Assembly: GCA_041664165.1 (NCBI GenBank)
Contig: JBAYLH010000001.1
Location: 73,469 to 137,468 of the forward strand
From: Candidatus Buchananbacteria bacterium
GTDB lineage: Bacteria > Patescibacteriota > Patescibacteriia > Buchananbacterales > UBA6539
Direction of reading: 5' to 3'
DNA: 64,000 nucleotides
Positions 47,155 through 62,100 of this stretch are shown here, in pieces. The position numbers and the translations under genes were made by a program. A model generated the notes under the pieces. The model was not told where the DNA came from. It made no database searches and worked only from the letters and a program-made list of their open reading frames with translations. How positions within the stretch are numbered: position 1 is the stretch's first letter; each line of letters starts with the position of its first letter.

Positions 47155-50100
47155 TTAATGGGTAAATTTATAACGGCAAAACGTATGGCTGCTAGTATAT
47201 CCCGGAGTAACCGGACCGGCCCAAATTGTTCTGGGCTGCCAGCCGACATTGGAATATTTTGGCAAGTATAATCGGTTAAAAATCTGCTGAGTGGCGCCGG
47301 CGGCATAACTTATCCCCCAGGAACTGTCGTCAAAACCAACTCCTTTCCAATCCCCTATGCCCAGCGGTTCGGCGCTAATATCGGAATTTTCAATTAACCA
47401 GCAAGTAACCGGAAACGGCAAATCAGAGGCGCTATGGCCGAACGACGAAAGAGTCCGATTGGGTCCGGAAATAGCAGTACAAAGGCCGCTGTCCAAAAAA
47501 TTAGCAATCGCCCCTCGAACTTCCCGAGTCGTGCTCGGCGCCATGCGGTGATAAGCTTCAATGGCAATGACGTTTTGGCCGGACAAGAGATAATCATTAA
47601 GATTAAACAAAACGCCGCCTTTGCTTGAATCGCTTTGATTGGGCTGATTTTGGGAAGCCAAAGTCTGATCCGGAGTAATCGGCACCGCCGTCGGATTATA
47701 GGCCGGATCGGTCGGCAAATATAAATTACCCGTTACCAAGCGGCCGTTGATATAAACATTAAAATAATCTTGAGCACCGAAAATCGCCAAACAACTGTTG
47801 GTAGCATTACAGCTGCCGCCCTGGCAGGTATCATAGGTTACGGTGCTACCGGTGCCACAAATCCAACCATTGGTTTTACTGCCGGTATGCGAAGAACCGG
47901 AGGTACAGCCAACGGCGCAAATATTATCGCCGTCAAAATCATTATCCGGATCATAAGGGCAAAAATCCATATTGTCGCACAAGCCGTCTTTGTCCGCATT
48001 GGCGCAGGAAACGCAAACGCCGGAATTGTCGCAGACACAGCTATTGCCGGTACAACCGACATTATCATCGCGGCACTGATCAGCGCCATTAGTATCCGGC
48101 TGAAAACCGGTAATTTGGTTACATTGATAATTCGTGCCGCTCAAAGCCGTACATTGCTGACATTTCGGACAAGGATCGGTTGACGGTACGACGCAGTTAT
48201 AAACATTCCCCTGCTGGCTACAAGTCGCACACGAACCACAGCTGCCGCCGGACTGGCAGGCATAAGTCGTGCCGTTGCACAAACCGCAGCTGCCGCAGAC
48301 ATTATTATCGGGAGTATATTGGCAAATCTTACTGGCCGAACAAGTGGCAATGGCACAAACGCCCGGCAAAGAACAATCGTTGGCGTTTTGGCAGCAGGTT
48401 CCGCCTGACCCGGGCTGACCGGCACAAACCGGATTAGCGCAGCTTTTATTGCAATCGATATTAAAATTAGCCGTCACTTTCAGGCCGCCGATAGTCGTCA
48501 TCGGCAAACTGCAGTCATTAGTGGTACCGGCGCAAATTCCCGTTGGCACGCCGGCAAAAGTAGTAACATACCAGCCGGTAAACTTGGAATCGGCAATGGC
48601 GGCAGCCGCGTGTAAAGTAACATTATCCCCGTAGTTATAAGCATAAGAACAAGTGCTGCCGCAATTAAGATGAGTATCGGCGGAAGTAACTGTCCCGGTA
48701 CCCGTGCCAGTTTTATAAATATTCAAAGGCGTACTCAGAGTTGAAAAATTGGCCGTTACCGTCGTATTACCGGTAATTACAATATCGCAAGGATTGGCCG
48801 TAGTACAGCCGCCGCCGACCCAGCTGCTAAAGCTGTAGCCAGTACTGGCGATCGCCGTTAAATTGATATGAGTTCCGGAGGTAATATTACTTTGGCTGCA
48901 AACCGTGTTGCCCTGGCCGCAATTGATTAATCCGCCCAAAATCAAAACCTGGCCGGCGGCTAGCGGATTAGTTACCGTCAAAGTAAAGGTCGGCTGCACT
49001 CCGGTCGTGCTGGTGAAAGTATCGGAAACCCCGCCGATGGTTAAAACCGTATTGGTCTGGGTACTGTAAGCAGCGGCAGAAGTCTGGCGGACTTTGACTG
49101 TGTCGCCGTTATTAATACTGCCCGCCACCGTTGTCCAGCTGCCCGCGCCAACCTGGTATTGCCCGCCCGTGATGCTAATTGGCGCTGGCGCGTTGATGCC
49201 GGAAACGGTTATGGCGTTGGAGGTCATGACGGTGCTGAGAGCGACATTGGTTTGGTCAGTGAAGGTAAAAGCATCAGGCGCGGTATCGGCAGCCACAAAA
49301 GTCGCGGCCACGGTTTTAACCGCATCCAAAGTAACGTTGCAAACGCCGGTGCCAGCGCACGCTCCGGACCAGCCGGTAAAAATAAAGCCAGCCGCCGGAT
49401 AAGCCGTTAAAACAATACTGGTTCCGGCCGGATAAGCGTGAGAACAAGTGCTGCCGCAATCAATGGTCTGAGGAGCATCGCTGGAAGTAATTGAATTACT
49501 GCCAGTCGGCGGCGTTACCGTCAAAGTAAAGGTCGGCTGCACTCCGGTCGTGCTGGTGAAAGTATCAAAAACCCCGCCAATAATTAAAACCGTATTGGTC
49601 TGGGTACTGTAAGCAGCGGCAGAAGTCTGACGAACTTTGACTGTGTCGCCGTTATTAATACTGCCCGCCGCCGTTGTCCAGCTGCCCGCGCCAACCTGGT
49701 ATTGCCCGCCCGTGATGCTGATTGGCGATGGCGCGTTGATGCCGGAAACGGTTATGGCGTTGGAAGTCATAACGGTACTGAGAGCGACATTGGTTTGGTC
49801 AGTGAAGGTAAAAGCATCAGGCGCGGTATCGGCTCCGGGCGGAACACAGCTGCCCGAAGCATTGCAAAAATTCGGGGGCAGACATTGACCCGGGCCGGAA
49901 GTATCTTCATCGGTATAATGATTTAAAATTGAACAGGTGTCGTTAGCCGTGCCGCTACAGACATGACAGGCGGCGGTACACTCCGTATCATCGTTAACCG
50001 CTCGAGCGCCGCAAACGCCGCCGACCACGCAGGAACTGCACGAGCCGGTGCAGCCGACTCCTTCGTCGGAAACCCGAGGCCGGCACTGGTAATCATTAGG

Positions 50101-53100
50101 CAAAGCCGAACCAAAATCAGCCGGCGCCAAACAGCGCTCGCAAGTGTTGCAATAAGCCGCGCTATCGGCATCAGAATTAAAACTGCCGTCCCAGCAGCAT
50201 TTAGAGCCAGCCGGGCCGGTTTGGCCTTTACAGGCGAAGTCCGCACAGTCAGCAAAGCCATTGCCGTCTTCGTCGCCAGGCGTATTACAAATTTCAACCG
50301 CGGCCGGACAGTCGCTGTCAGTGGCGTTATTACAGCCGAGACCGCAGCAGCTATTCCCGGACTGACAGCCGCAGTCGGGATCATCACTGGCCGCACAGCC
50401 GGCCGGACAATTACCGTTACAGCCATTAGGCGTACAGGTAACAGCGCAGTCGCTGTCTAAGGCGTCAGTTTGGCCGTCGCAGTCATTATCCAAACCATCT
50501 AAGCAATGGCCGGCTTCCGAAACATAATGGCCGGAAATAGTTGAGTAGTCACAGCCCGGCCATTGACCCAAGATAGAACAAGTTTCTTTGGCTCCGGCGC
50601 AAACTCCCTGCTGGTTAGAGCAATCCCGTTTGGCTCCGGCAGTACAAGCCGGCGCCGCCGTTGAAGCCGTGCAATACTGGTCAATCCAGGTCGGCGAACC
50701 TAAAATTTTTGGCGTCATCGCCACGGTAAAATCAGCCGGCTTGGTTTCTTTGGCTAATTTGACCGGCTGGCTAAGCGGCTGGTTGAAAAAATTTGCCAGC
50801 CTGGCAATTGTGGTTTTTAAAAATGAAAAGATTCCCTTAATCCCATTACTATCCTGGACTAAATTGGTTGGCGCGGCCACTCTCGGCGGCGGTATCGGCG
50901 TGCAGGAAGGCGGAACCGAAGGGAAAGAAGAACAGTAGTTAAATTCAAAACTATTAAAGGTTACGACCACCCCGGCGGGTAAATCTCTGACGGCAAAACC
51001 ATGAGCCGCAGCGGCACAAAAATTAGTCGGCAAATTGAGATCCACTGTAAAATCAGCACCCGAGGCACCGCCGGCTCTGATACTGTCATAATCAAAATTT
51101 AAGCCTTGCTCCGGCGTAGTCAGCGTACCGCTAATATCAACCGTGAATTTCACGTCCAAGGCCTGCTTAATTTTATTAATAATATCAGTATATAAGAGTG
51201 GCAAATTGCTTGAATTATCATCCGGCTTGAGATAACAATAATGAGCATTATCACAGCCAGGAACCGGGGTTAAAGTCGTATTGGAAGATAATAAATTCAT
51301 TTCGTTGACCGTACCGAAAGCGGCTGAATAAATGGTAATGCCATTATTTTTAGCCAAATCGGCATCGCTGTCTATCGCTGGTGTATTGTTCGGATAAACA
51401 GCAGAGCAGGAAAAATCATATCTATCCTCACCACAAGGCCAGCAAAGCTGCCAACCACCAAAATTGCATGTTTGAGCTGTAGTGTGACAACCATTAGGAA
51501 TAGCACTTTCGCAATAATTAAGTTTGGTGTCAGCTTCGCCATCACTCATCACTATCATAATTTTATTAGGCGAGCCTGAGCCTGTTAGCATCTGAGTTGC
51601 CTTTATAACCGCGGCGCTAGTATTGGTGCCGCCAATAGTTGCATAACTATTAATAACCCCGTGCAAGTTCCCTTCGTTCCGGCTAAAGTTATAAGAATTT
51701 ACAATTGAATTTGTACGGCCGATAGCATCATAAGTTAAACCAAAGCTCACCAGGCCAACTTTAATATTATAATCAGAATTAGAGAGCAGATTAGTCACTG
51801 CCATCCGTAAAGCAGTTAGCAAGGCAAGGTTGGGGTCACAGCTTTGAGGCTCGCTGGAGTTGATGCCATTGCAGGCCTCATTCATACTGACTGACAAATC
51901 AGTTACCAAAACAACCGCGGTTTCCGGTGCCGCATCGGATCGTCTAATATTTAAATGCGCTTTGACTTTATTTTCCGAAATCTGGCAAAGCGGCGAAGTC
52001 AAAGTGCTGGTTTGAGCCGGAGGAAAAGAAAGATTGGCCAGGGTTACCCCGCCATGGCCGGTGTAATTACTGGCCGTACATTGCCACTTGCAATTAGCCG
52101 TACACTCCGCGCCAAAATTGTCAGTTCCATAATCGCATTCTTCCGCCGAACCGCCGCCAGTATCAATTTGGCAATTGCCGCAATATAAGCCGCCCACGGT
52201 TACAATTTTGCAGGTATTATCGCAATACTGGCAGCTGCCGTTATAAGCCGGGTTGCAAGGCACGCCGTTTGACGCCGCACCAACGCATACGCCGGCCGGG
52301 TTGGTACTGTCAATCGGATTAGTCCCTCTATAGACAGCACTTTTGCAATCGCAGTTTTCCCAAGGCTGATTATCATCCGGCCCTTTTTCAATAATCCCGT
52401 TGCCGCAAGCCCCGCCGGTTTCCGTTACCACTTTTGAACAATTATTGGCGCACCATTGGCATGAAGCTAAAGTGTTAGGGTCATCGCTTTGGGTCGGATT
52501 GCACCGCTCGTTATTTTTGGTCGACCAGGGCCGCTTGACCAGCGAAGCATTATCGCCGGCATCGCAGACTTCCGAAGCGATAACCAGGCCGTCGCCGCAG
52601 CGAGCCGGCTGATCGCAGATATCGCCGATGTTATTATGGTTATAATCAGTCTGGCTGGAATTGCTGCAGGAAATCTGGATGCCAAAATTGTCCTTGCAAA
52701 CCGGTCCGTAAGGCCCGCCCGGACAGTTGTCTAAATCCGTAATTTTCGGCCGGATTTCAAAACCGACAAAACCGACATTGGCATCGCAGTTAACCGTAAA
52801 GGAGCCGGGAACCGGACAGCCAGTACTACATCGGCACCAATCGTTTAACCAATTAAACTTAATGGCATGAGAGCCGGCGGCCAACTGGCCTAAAGATATT
52901 ATCCCCTCCTGAGGATGACTAATATCAAAAGGATAATTAATAATTTTATCCGACCTGGCTTGGCCGTCAATTTCAACTTGAATTTTAAAGCCATTATAAT
53001 TTTTCTCCGCGTCAAATCTGGTCGGATCTAATTCAATTCGGCTGGCCAAATCAGCGCCCGTGCCGAAACCGACGGCATTGTAGGTTTTAACTTTAACAAA

Positions 53101-56100
53101 ATACTCACCGGCGATACTGACGGTAAAATTATGATCCCCGCCTAAGGCGCCTGGGTTCTGATAGGTTTGATTGACCGAGACGTTAGCAATCGCGTAATCA
53201 AACTCTTCAAAACTGCCGGCATTGCCCTGGCAGCCCTGAAAATGCTCTTTTTGGCCGAGCGTTAAGTTGGCCGTGCTGACTGGAGTGGAAGTATTGGTAT
53301 AAAAAGAATAATCGCCCAAACCGTCTTTATCAAAATCCAAACATTGATCGCAGATATAACCGATATTATCATTGTCGTAATCTTCCTGGTAAGGATTGTA
53401 GCTGGCAAAATCGCCAAAACCGTTGCCGCAATAACCGGTGTCGTTGCAATTCCGATCAGCACTGCTGTTAACTCCCCCGCTCCGGCAAGGCTTGCTGGCA
53501 GCTGGCTTGCCATTGGCATCTTTACAATAAAAATTATGGTCAGAGGAAATCCAGGTAGCCAGACCGCTGGTTTGATAATTGGTAAACGGCGGGCAGTTGT
53601 CTTTGGGGCAGACATTAATATCGTTAGCGCCGGTATCAATATCCCAAAAACCATCGCTATCCAAATCAGTGCAGGGGTCGCAAACATCGCCGAGATGATC
53701 GCTGTCGGAATCGGCCTGGTCGCGATTAGCAACCGTCGGACAATTATCTTGTTGGTCGCAAATGCCGTCGTAATCGGAATCACCCGAACAACCGGTATCA
53801 CAGACATTGCCTGTCCCGTTGCCATTACTGTCTTGCTGATCAGGGTTATAACAATTTGCCGGATTGCCGCATAACCGACCCGGACAATTATCTTTGCCGG
53901 CGATTATTCCCGAGCCGATGCCGTCGCAAACGCCATCGCTATCGGTGTCGCCGCCCTGAGCGCTGCAGTCAACGACATTAGCCGCTGGATTCAAATTCGT
54001 CTGGTGGATTTCAAAATTTAATCTTTGACAAGCCGCCGGCAACGGGTATTGGCCGGTCGCCCAAGTGCCTGGGTTAGTGTATTCAAAATTACTATATAAT
54101 CCGTAATCCAAGCCGCTATTAGCCGAACCGTAAGCATAAACAAACATCTGCTGCGGACAGGCGAAAGTTTTGCTGATTTCATCCCAGCAGGTTTTTTCCT
54201 GATCCGGATCCGCCGGCTGGCAGAGTATCGGCTGGTTGCCGCAGGCCGTTAAATTGCCTAAAACGCAAGCCGTTGTTTCGTCGCTTTCAATTTTACCGTT
54301 ACCGTTGCTATCGCAATAATAAGCCGTACAGCCGATAAACCGGTTAAGCGGATCGATAAATAAAGCTTTGCCGGTTTCCGCCGCTAAAGTCTGCTGCCAA
54401 GACGGCCAGACCGAAAATGTCGTACCGGAAATATAGCTGCCCGCCGATAAAACCGGATAACGGCCTTTGGTTGGGAAATAATTTTTGAAAACCAATTGCA
54501 TCTCCCGCAAATCAGCATAGCGTTTACTGTCGCGAACGACCTGCTCTTTTTCGGCGTCACAGCTTAAATTCGGGCAGTCAAAATTATTGGCGCAATAAAT
54601 CGGCTGGCAAATTTTAGCCTGGCAGGAATTAGTCACTTCCGACCAGAAACAGCCGAGTTCTTTAAGTTTGTCTTCGCAGGCGCTGATAGTTTGGTACGTA
54701 ACGCATTGGGAATGGTTAGACGTGCCGATTTCAATGCTGCCGGTTGCCGCGGCCGGACCGCAGACAAAGTCGGTCTCGGCATAACGGCCATAATCATCGC
54801 AAACCCGATAATTGCTGACATTGGTATTAAATGACCAAACGCCGTTTTGGCCGGTCGGATCCAAAAGCCGATTAAAGATTTCCTGCGTTTGGCTGCTGGC
54901 GTTTTGGCTGTAAGAAAGTAAATAAATATTAGAGTAAAGAGTAGTCGCGCTGACACCTCGGTCCAAATTCGTGGCACCGACATAAATCGTCCGGCCGTCA
55001 CGAATCGCCTGGTAGCCGTCGGTTTTAATTTCCTGCGGCGAGCCGACTGTCGGAACATTCATCTGGCAGCGCCCGTAAAGCTGCAAGTCATCAATATCAA
55101 CCGTGCTGCTGCCGGCCTGGCGCAGCCGGACATAAAACTGAACCTTCGTCGGCGTGGTTAAAGTAAAATTGCAAGCAACCGGCTGCCAGGTAGCTGGCGT
55201 ATTGCCGCTGGCACATTTAGCGCCGGTTTTTCCGGAAATCAAACAATTAGGCGTATTGTCGCAGAGGCTCTGCCAATTCCCGGCCGTAACTTCCTTTTCG
55301 GCGCCGACAACAACTTCGGCTTCTGATTTGACATAAGCCGTATAAGAGTAACTGCCGGCCGAAAGAGTCAAAGCGGATTTAACCGGATCATTGCGTAATT
55401 GTCCCCAGCCGGTAGTACCGCTAGTTACGGCTAGCCGAGCGGCTCGGCCAGTCCGGCCGGCGTCAGAAACCGCCGTCAAACCGGCGGCAAAATTACCGCT
55501 AAGCTGCAAATTCCAAGACCAAGTGGCCGGAGTGTCTTGCTCAAAATTGCCATTGGCGAACAGGTTATTATTTTTACAATCCGTATCTTTGAAGCAAAGC
55601 TGATCGAAATCACCCTGGCCGCCGCACAAACCCGACTGATACCAGGTTTTCGGCGACAAGTGCAAAGGGTTGGACAAAATCCGGATGCCTAAAGCGTCGC
55701 CGGTCGGCGCACCTTCCACTTTTAACAGCCTCAAGTTTTCAATTAATAAATTCGAATCTGGCACCGGAGTCAGTGAAGGATCAGACCAGTCGTTTCTCCA
55801 GGTAATAGTAACTGTATGACTGCCGCTGGCTAATTTACCGAGAAATAAGGTTCCGGTTTGGCTCGCCGTTGAAGCTAAATTATCGATATTACCTTTGGCG
55901 ACATTATCAACTTTAATTTCCAGCCGCTGGCTGACCGAAGCCAGACAAGTCCCGGTGCCGCAAGCATTAGCCGCACCCGGATTGCAAACTGTTTTTTCAC
56001 CGGCTCTTAGGATACCGTCATTATTTTCATCACAATAGGCAATGCTGGTTAAGTCATTGCCGAAGTTATGGGTTTTAATTTCCAAAGAATAATCGCCGGC

Positions 56101-59100
56101 CGTTACCGCCGCAAAATTGTAGCTCCAAACCGGAAGATTATTGTTGCCGTCGCCCAAACAATAAGAAAAATTTCCAAGCGTCGCCGGGCTGGGCGTTGGG
56201 TTGGGACAGCTAGTGCCGACGGAATATTCATTGCCATTTTTACTGCCGGCCGGGGTCTGGTTGCTCTCGCCGACTGGGAAAATAAAGTCTTTTAAGATGC
56301 CAAGCCGGGTACCTAAAACCGTGGGATTAACCGACAAGGCCGGCAAATCGTCATCCGTAGTATTTTCTTGGCCGGCATCGCGGCAATAGTACAATTTAAA
56401 ATGAGTATCTCTGCAGATGCCGGAAGTGCAGTTGCCTTGGTTATCCCGATAAACATCAGCTAGCGAAGGCCAGGGGTTATTGCAGATAAAATTAGTAACA
56501 TTAGCATCCTGAGAAGATTCCGACGTCAATCGGCACTGGGCCGTGGCCGCGCACTGATTAGCCAGCTGCGGATTGCAGAATTCGTTAGTATCGCTGCAAC
56601 GGTACTGGCCGCCGAAAACCCGGACAACCGCTTCGCCATTTATTCCCTTAGTTACCGGCGGCGCGACTAAGTTGCCGTTAGCGTCATGGTCTTGCCCTGG
56701 CGTAACCAAATTTTGATAATTATAATTATCAACAGCGCAAATACCGCCGGAGCACTCCGAATCAAGATTGCATTTTTTTGAATTATCAACCGAACAAACT
56801 TTGTCCGCGTAATCGCTTAAATAAATAATTCCTTTTTGATCATTAGCCGGATCAATCTCGGACCACTGAAAACCAACACCCGACGGACTGATCGGCGTTA
56901 TCGCCCCGACGATGGTGGTCAAATCATAGCACTGAGCCTGGTATAAATGCTGATTGCCGGCCAAAGCGTAATCAAAGTCATCGTCAAGCAGATTGGTTGG
57001 CGAATTCTTGCCGCAAAAATTGCCGGCGCAGGCGAATAAATCATTAATTGTCAGATTGCCGGCCGAAGTCGGTTTGACCAAAACCCCGACATAGTCGCAT
57101 TGGCAGAAATCTTCGCTGGTGCCAAAAGTCCAAACCGAAGTATAGTCTCCGGTTTGAGGCAATGAGTCAGCATCGCTAATAATATCTTTAACGCCGCTGA
57201 CGTCAACTTGGTAAGTGGCATTAGACTCTAAAAACCCGGAAGTTAAGCCGGTAACCGTCAGCCGGCTGCCCAAACAATCATTATCGGCCTGACAGCGGCT
57301 GTTGGTCAAAAGCCCGGCATCAGCCAGCGGATAAACACAACTATTTCTGACGCACTGGCCGGCCACGGTTTCATACAAATAAGACTTTACTAAATTGGGA
57401 TTAGTCCCGCAGGAATTTTTGCAGACTTTTAAACTATCTAAAATCGTACTTGGCTTTAAAGTTTTGGAAAATACCGCCCAAATGGCAACGTTGCGGCATT
57501 GATTGGCCGCGTTAATTTTCGGTTGATGGCCGATAACATAAAATGGCACTTCCGATCCGGCCACCACGGTCAATTCACCAACACCGGCAGTTTGGGGCTG
57601 TAGCGCGCTCCAGGCTAAAATTTCTTCCCTGGCTTGACTCAAGCGGGTCGGTAGCCGGTCAATCGTTTGAACAATTTGATAAGGATCCAAGCGGTTATCG
57701 GCAACCGTGGAGCTGTTAACGGTGCAATTTCGGCTGCAGCCGTCGGAAATACACTGGCCGCCAGTACCGCAAGGACTGCCGATGCTATTACAAGGATTAT
57801 TATCGGCAGAACAAAAGCCTTCGTAAGTAGTACAACCTGAGCCGGCCTTGCATTGTGAATAATTTAAACTGGTACAGCCGACCCATTGGTCAGCGCTATT
57901 TTGGCATAATCCCCCATCATCGCATTTTTCGCCGGTTTCTTTAAAGCCGTTGCCGCAAACCGATAAGCCCCAATTGTCATTGCCAATTACACCGTTCAAC
58001 GATCGAGGTTCGTAGCCGACGGGACAGCTGAGAGGGTTAGCGCCGTTGGTAAAATCAAAAACATTAGTTTGAACATTGCGGCAGATATTAAGATTTCGAT
58101 TCTCTAAAAGACAAGGCCGGGTGCCGCATTGATTGCCAGTCCAGTAGCAGAGGCCGGTATGGCAATTGGCTAAGTTCGAAAAATCGATTCTTTGGCAATC
58201 AACCTGGTTAACTGTTCCAGCCGGACTATAATTAATTCCCGTGCAGCCATCGCCGGAAGCGGGCTGGCCGCCGCGAGCCAAATCGCCGTTATCACATTCT
58301 TCGCCCAAACCGATCAGATTATCGCCGCAAAGCGCGTTAACGCCGGCAATTGAACCGGCAAAAGTACAAATATCCGTGCAGCCATCCGTATCATCGCCGT
58401 TAGGCTCGGTGCCGGTATCGCATTCTTCGCCGGTTTCGACAATGCCGTTGCCGCAGACTTCCTGATTATAATTGGTATTGCCAATTAGCAAACACCGCTC
58501 ATTACAATAATAATTTGTTGACAGCTTCATTATTTCCGATGGCGACAAAGCTCGGCTGTAAATTCTGATTTCATCCAAAGCCCCGGCTAGATTAGCGCCG
58601 GTTTGCCGGCCGCCAAAAGTCAATTTTTTGCCGACGGCTGAAATATCGCCGCCCCGCAAAGATGTCGGGTCAGTCTCGCCGACCAACCGGCCATCTAAAT
58701 AAGCTTTTAAGCCGCGGCCGCTGTCGCGGTTAACGGTAAAAGCGACGAAATGCCAGCCAGAAATCGCTAAATCAACCTGAGCCGAATTGACCATCCGGCT
58801 GCCGTCGCCAATTGCCAAATGAATTTTTTTATCGCTGTCGCTGACAATTTTAAACCCGGATTCGGCACCATTTTCCGCGCCCTTGCCTAAAAGCAGCTGA
58901 CCGGCCGCGCTGTCGATTCCGTTGACCCAAAAGGCCAGGGAAAAACCTCTGACTGCCAGCTGTAAATTTTGATTATCATTAACTTCAACGTAGCCGGTGG
59001 TGCCGTTAAAACTAATTCCTTGGCCGATTTTACCGCCGACAAAGCTAAGGCCGCCGAAACCGGCGCCATTATTTTGATTAATTAAATCATTGGCATTGCT

Positions 59101-62100
59101 TTCCAATGGATACCAGCCGATTAAGCCGGTTTTATTAAATTCGCATTCCTCGCCCGGTTCAATCCGGCTATTGCCACAGCAATTGCTGCCGGTCGCAACT
59201 AAACAAGTATTTTTGCCGGCCCATTTGCAAGTCAGCGAATCGCAGTCGGGCACCGACAGCCAGCCCGGATCGCAGTCTTCGCCTTTTTCCACCACGCCGT
59301 TGCCGCAGCCGTCTTTGAATGGCGTAACAAAATTAGCCGCCGTGACGCCATCCAAATCCCGTTTGTCCCAGCGCCAATCATAAGAATAAGGATTTAAACG
59401 CTGGCCCCGCGCGTCGCACTGATCCGATATTGACCAAGGCTGGGAGAAATACCGGTATTTAATTTCGCCTTCCGGCAGAGTTAATTTTTCCGGAATCACC
59501 TGAACATGATCTAGGGCGCATAAATTATTTTCCGGTTTGGTTTTAAATACCCAGGAATAGGCATTTTGCGTCCCGGCGACATAACTGGGCGCGGTAAAAT
59601 CTTCAAAATTCAAATAATCAAGCTGCTGCTTGCCGTCAGCCGTCGCCACTCCGTTTCTGACTACCACCCGATAAACCGTATTGGGAATTAAAGTCGGAAT
59701 CATCGGCGTTAACGGATTTTGGTCGTTATCAATCGGGTTGTAAGTTTGGGGCAAGCTAAGATCAAAAGTATCGGGCGCCGAATCGGCCGGATTAGAATGA
59801 GGAATAATAATCCGGGTGGTAACGGTAATGGCAATCGGCGTTTTGCCCGCGATATCGCAGATTTCGTCGCTGCCGCAGTCGTAAAGAAAAATATTATCAG
59901 GGTTTAAAGTAAGAGCATCGGCGTATTTATTAAACCGGCCGCCAATCGCCGCATTAATACAAGCCCAGTTGCAGTCCGGCCATTTCTCAACCAAGCCGAA
60001 AGCGCCGTCGGGCAAAAAGTTACCGACGGTTAAATGGCCCTGACCCAATGGCCCGCCAGTAGCCGGGGTATAATTTTTTAACCATGACTGGATATGAGTT
60101 TCGCCGTCGGCCAAAGTCATCACTAATTGATACGGCCCAACCGTCGGCGGATTATTCAATGGCGTATCCAAATAGGAACCGGCGTTGATGCATTTGTCAG
60201 TGCAGCCAAACTGATTTTGTGGCCTACAAGTGGCCGTCCAGGGATCAGCGCAATTATAAAGCGACTTAGTGGTGCAGTAATCGCCATTGTCGCTGCAAAT
60301 ACCGCCCAAGTCACACTCTTCGCCGGTTTCAACCAAACCATTGCCGCAAACCGAGCCGGAATTATTATTGCCCGGCACCGAGTTTAAAGGCAGACAATCA
60401 TAATTGGCCGGACAGCTCCCGCTGCCAGCGCATTCCCCTAGCCTAAAGTCGAATAAATTAGTTTTTTCAGAACGGCAGAAACCGTGGCTGCGGTCTTCAA
60501 TTAAACAACTGCTGCTGCAGCCGTCGCCGTCAACCGGCTTTCCCCCTAAAACCAATTCACTGCCGTCGCATTCCTCGCCTAAGCCGATCTGGCCGTCACC
60601 GCAGCGGGAACTGCCCAAAACCGAACCGGTATATAAACAAGTAGCGGAGCAGCCGGCGCCGGATGAGTCGCACTCTTCGGTTCTTTCAATTAAGCCGTTG
60701 CCGCAGACATCAAATTGGTTGCTGTTGCCTAAATCAGCATCATTTTCATCTAAACAATTATTATTGCACCCATCGCCGTTATTCAAATTACCGTCGTCGC
60801 AGTCTTCGCCGGTTTCAATGACGCCATTACCGCAGCCGTCCCGTAGCGGCGTGACTAAATCAGCCACGGTCGGCTGGCTTGACTGCCAGTCGAAGTCCCA
60901 AGTATAAGGATTAAGTCTTTGGCCGAAAACCGGATCGCAGCTGTCCGGCGCCGTCCGCGGCCTGGCGGCATAAAAAATATTAACCCCGATATCAGCGTGT
61001 TTCTCCGCCGGCGCGACGTCAATTTTTCCCGGCAGACACAAACCGTAATCAGTCTGGGTTTTGAAAATCCAGGAATATGAATCTTTTATCAAATCATTAT
61101 TTTGATCAAAATTTAATCCGGCCAAAGGCTTATGTTCGTTTTGACTTCTAACCTGGCTGTCAATAACGACTCGATAATAAGTATTAGGCACTAAGCAATA
61201 ATCGTCCTTGCCGTCGTTATTAAAATCATAGCAAGGCACGTAGCCGGTATAAGTGTTGGCCGCTTCCGCCGGATCCAATATCACGGAATTGGTAAAACTG
61301 GCAACGACTTCGGCCGCACTCAAATTGCAGCTTGGATCGTCGTAACAGATATAAAGCTTCATTTTGTCTTTGACTGAAAAGCCGGCGGTTTCATCCATGG
61401 CCTTGCTGAAAGTCGCCCCGATTTTGGCGTTCAAACAAGCCGTACCGCAGTTTGGGAAATGATCAATAACGTAAGGCGAGGAAAAATCAATATACAAATT
61501 GCCATGGCCAAAAACTGAAGGCAGGGGCGTAAGTTTACATTCCGCTTCAACTTTGGCAAAAGGATTAGGCGCGTCGTTGATGGTTTCGCCCAAAGCCGTG
61601 GCCTTGGCGGTATTGGCAATGGCTTTTTGTTCAACTGAAACTTTGGCTGGTTTATCCGTTCCCCAGCCCCAGCCGGCCGTACAGCTTTCCGGCCGAATAT
61701 CAACGCAATAATTATCTTCCGAAACCGGCTGAGCAAAATAATCATCGCGAATCGCACCGGCATAATATAAATAGGCAGTCGCCGGACTGACGGCCACGCA
61801 GCCGACCGTGCTTAATTCGTCGCTGTCTTTAGTTTTAAAAAGCCAGGCATAATGGCTTAAGCCGATATCGTTAGCCGCTAGCCGGACGCCGTTTCGGCCG
61901 AATATTTTGGCTGAGTCCAAATCAACTTTGTAATAAGTATTTTTTGCCAATAAACTATTAGGCACCAAGGTTAGCTGACCGGTATTTTGATCGTTATACC
62001 AGCCGTTATTGGCCGCGATAATCGTAAAAGCATTGGTTACGTCGGTATTGCAGTTTGCCGGGTCAGCACATTGATAAACTTTGACCGTGGCATCGGTTAA

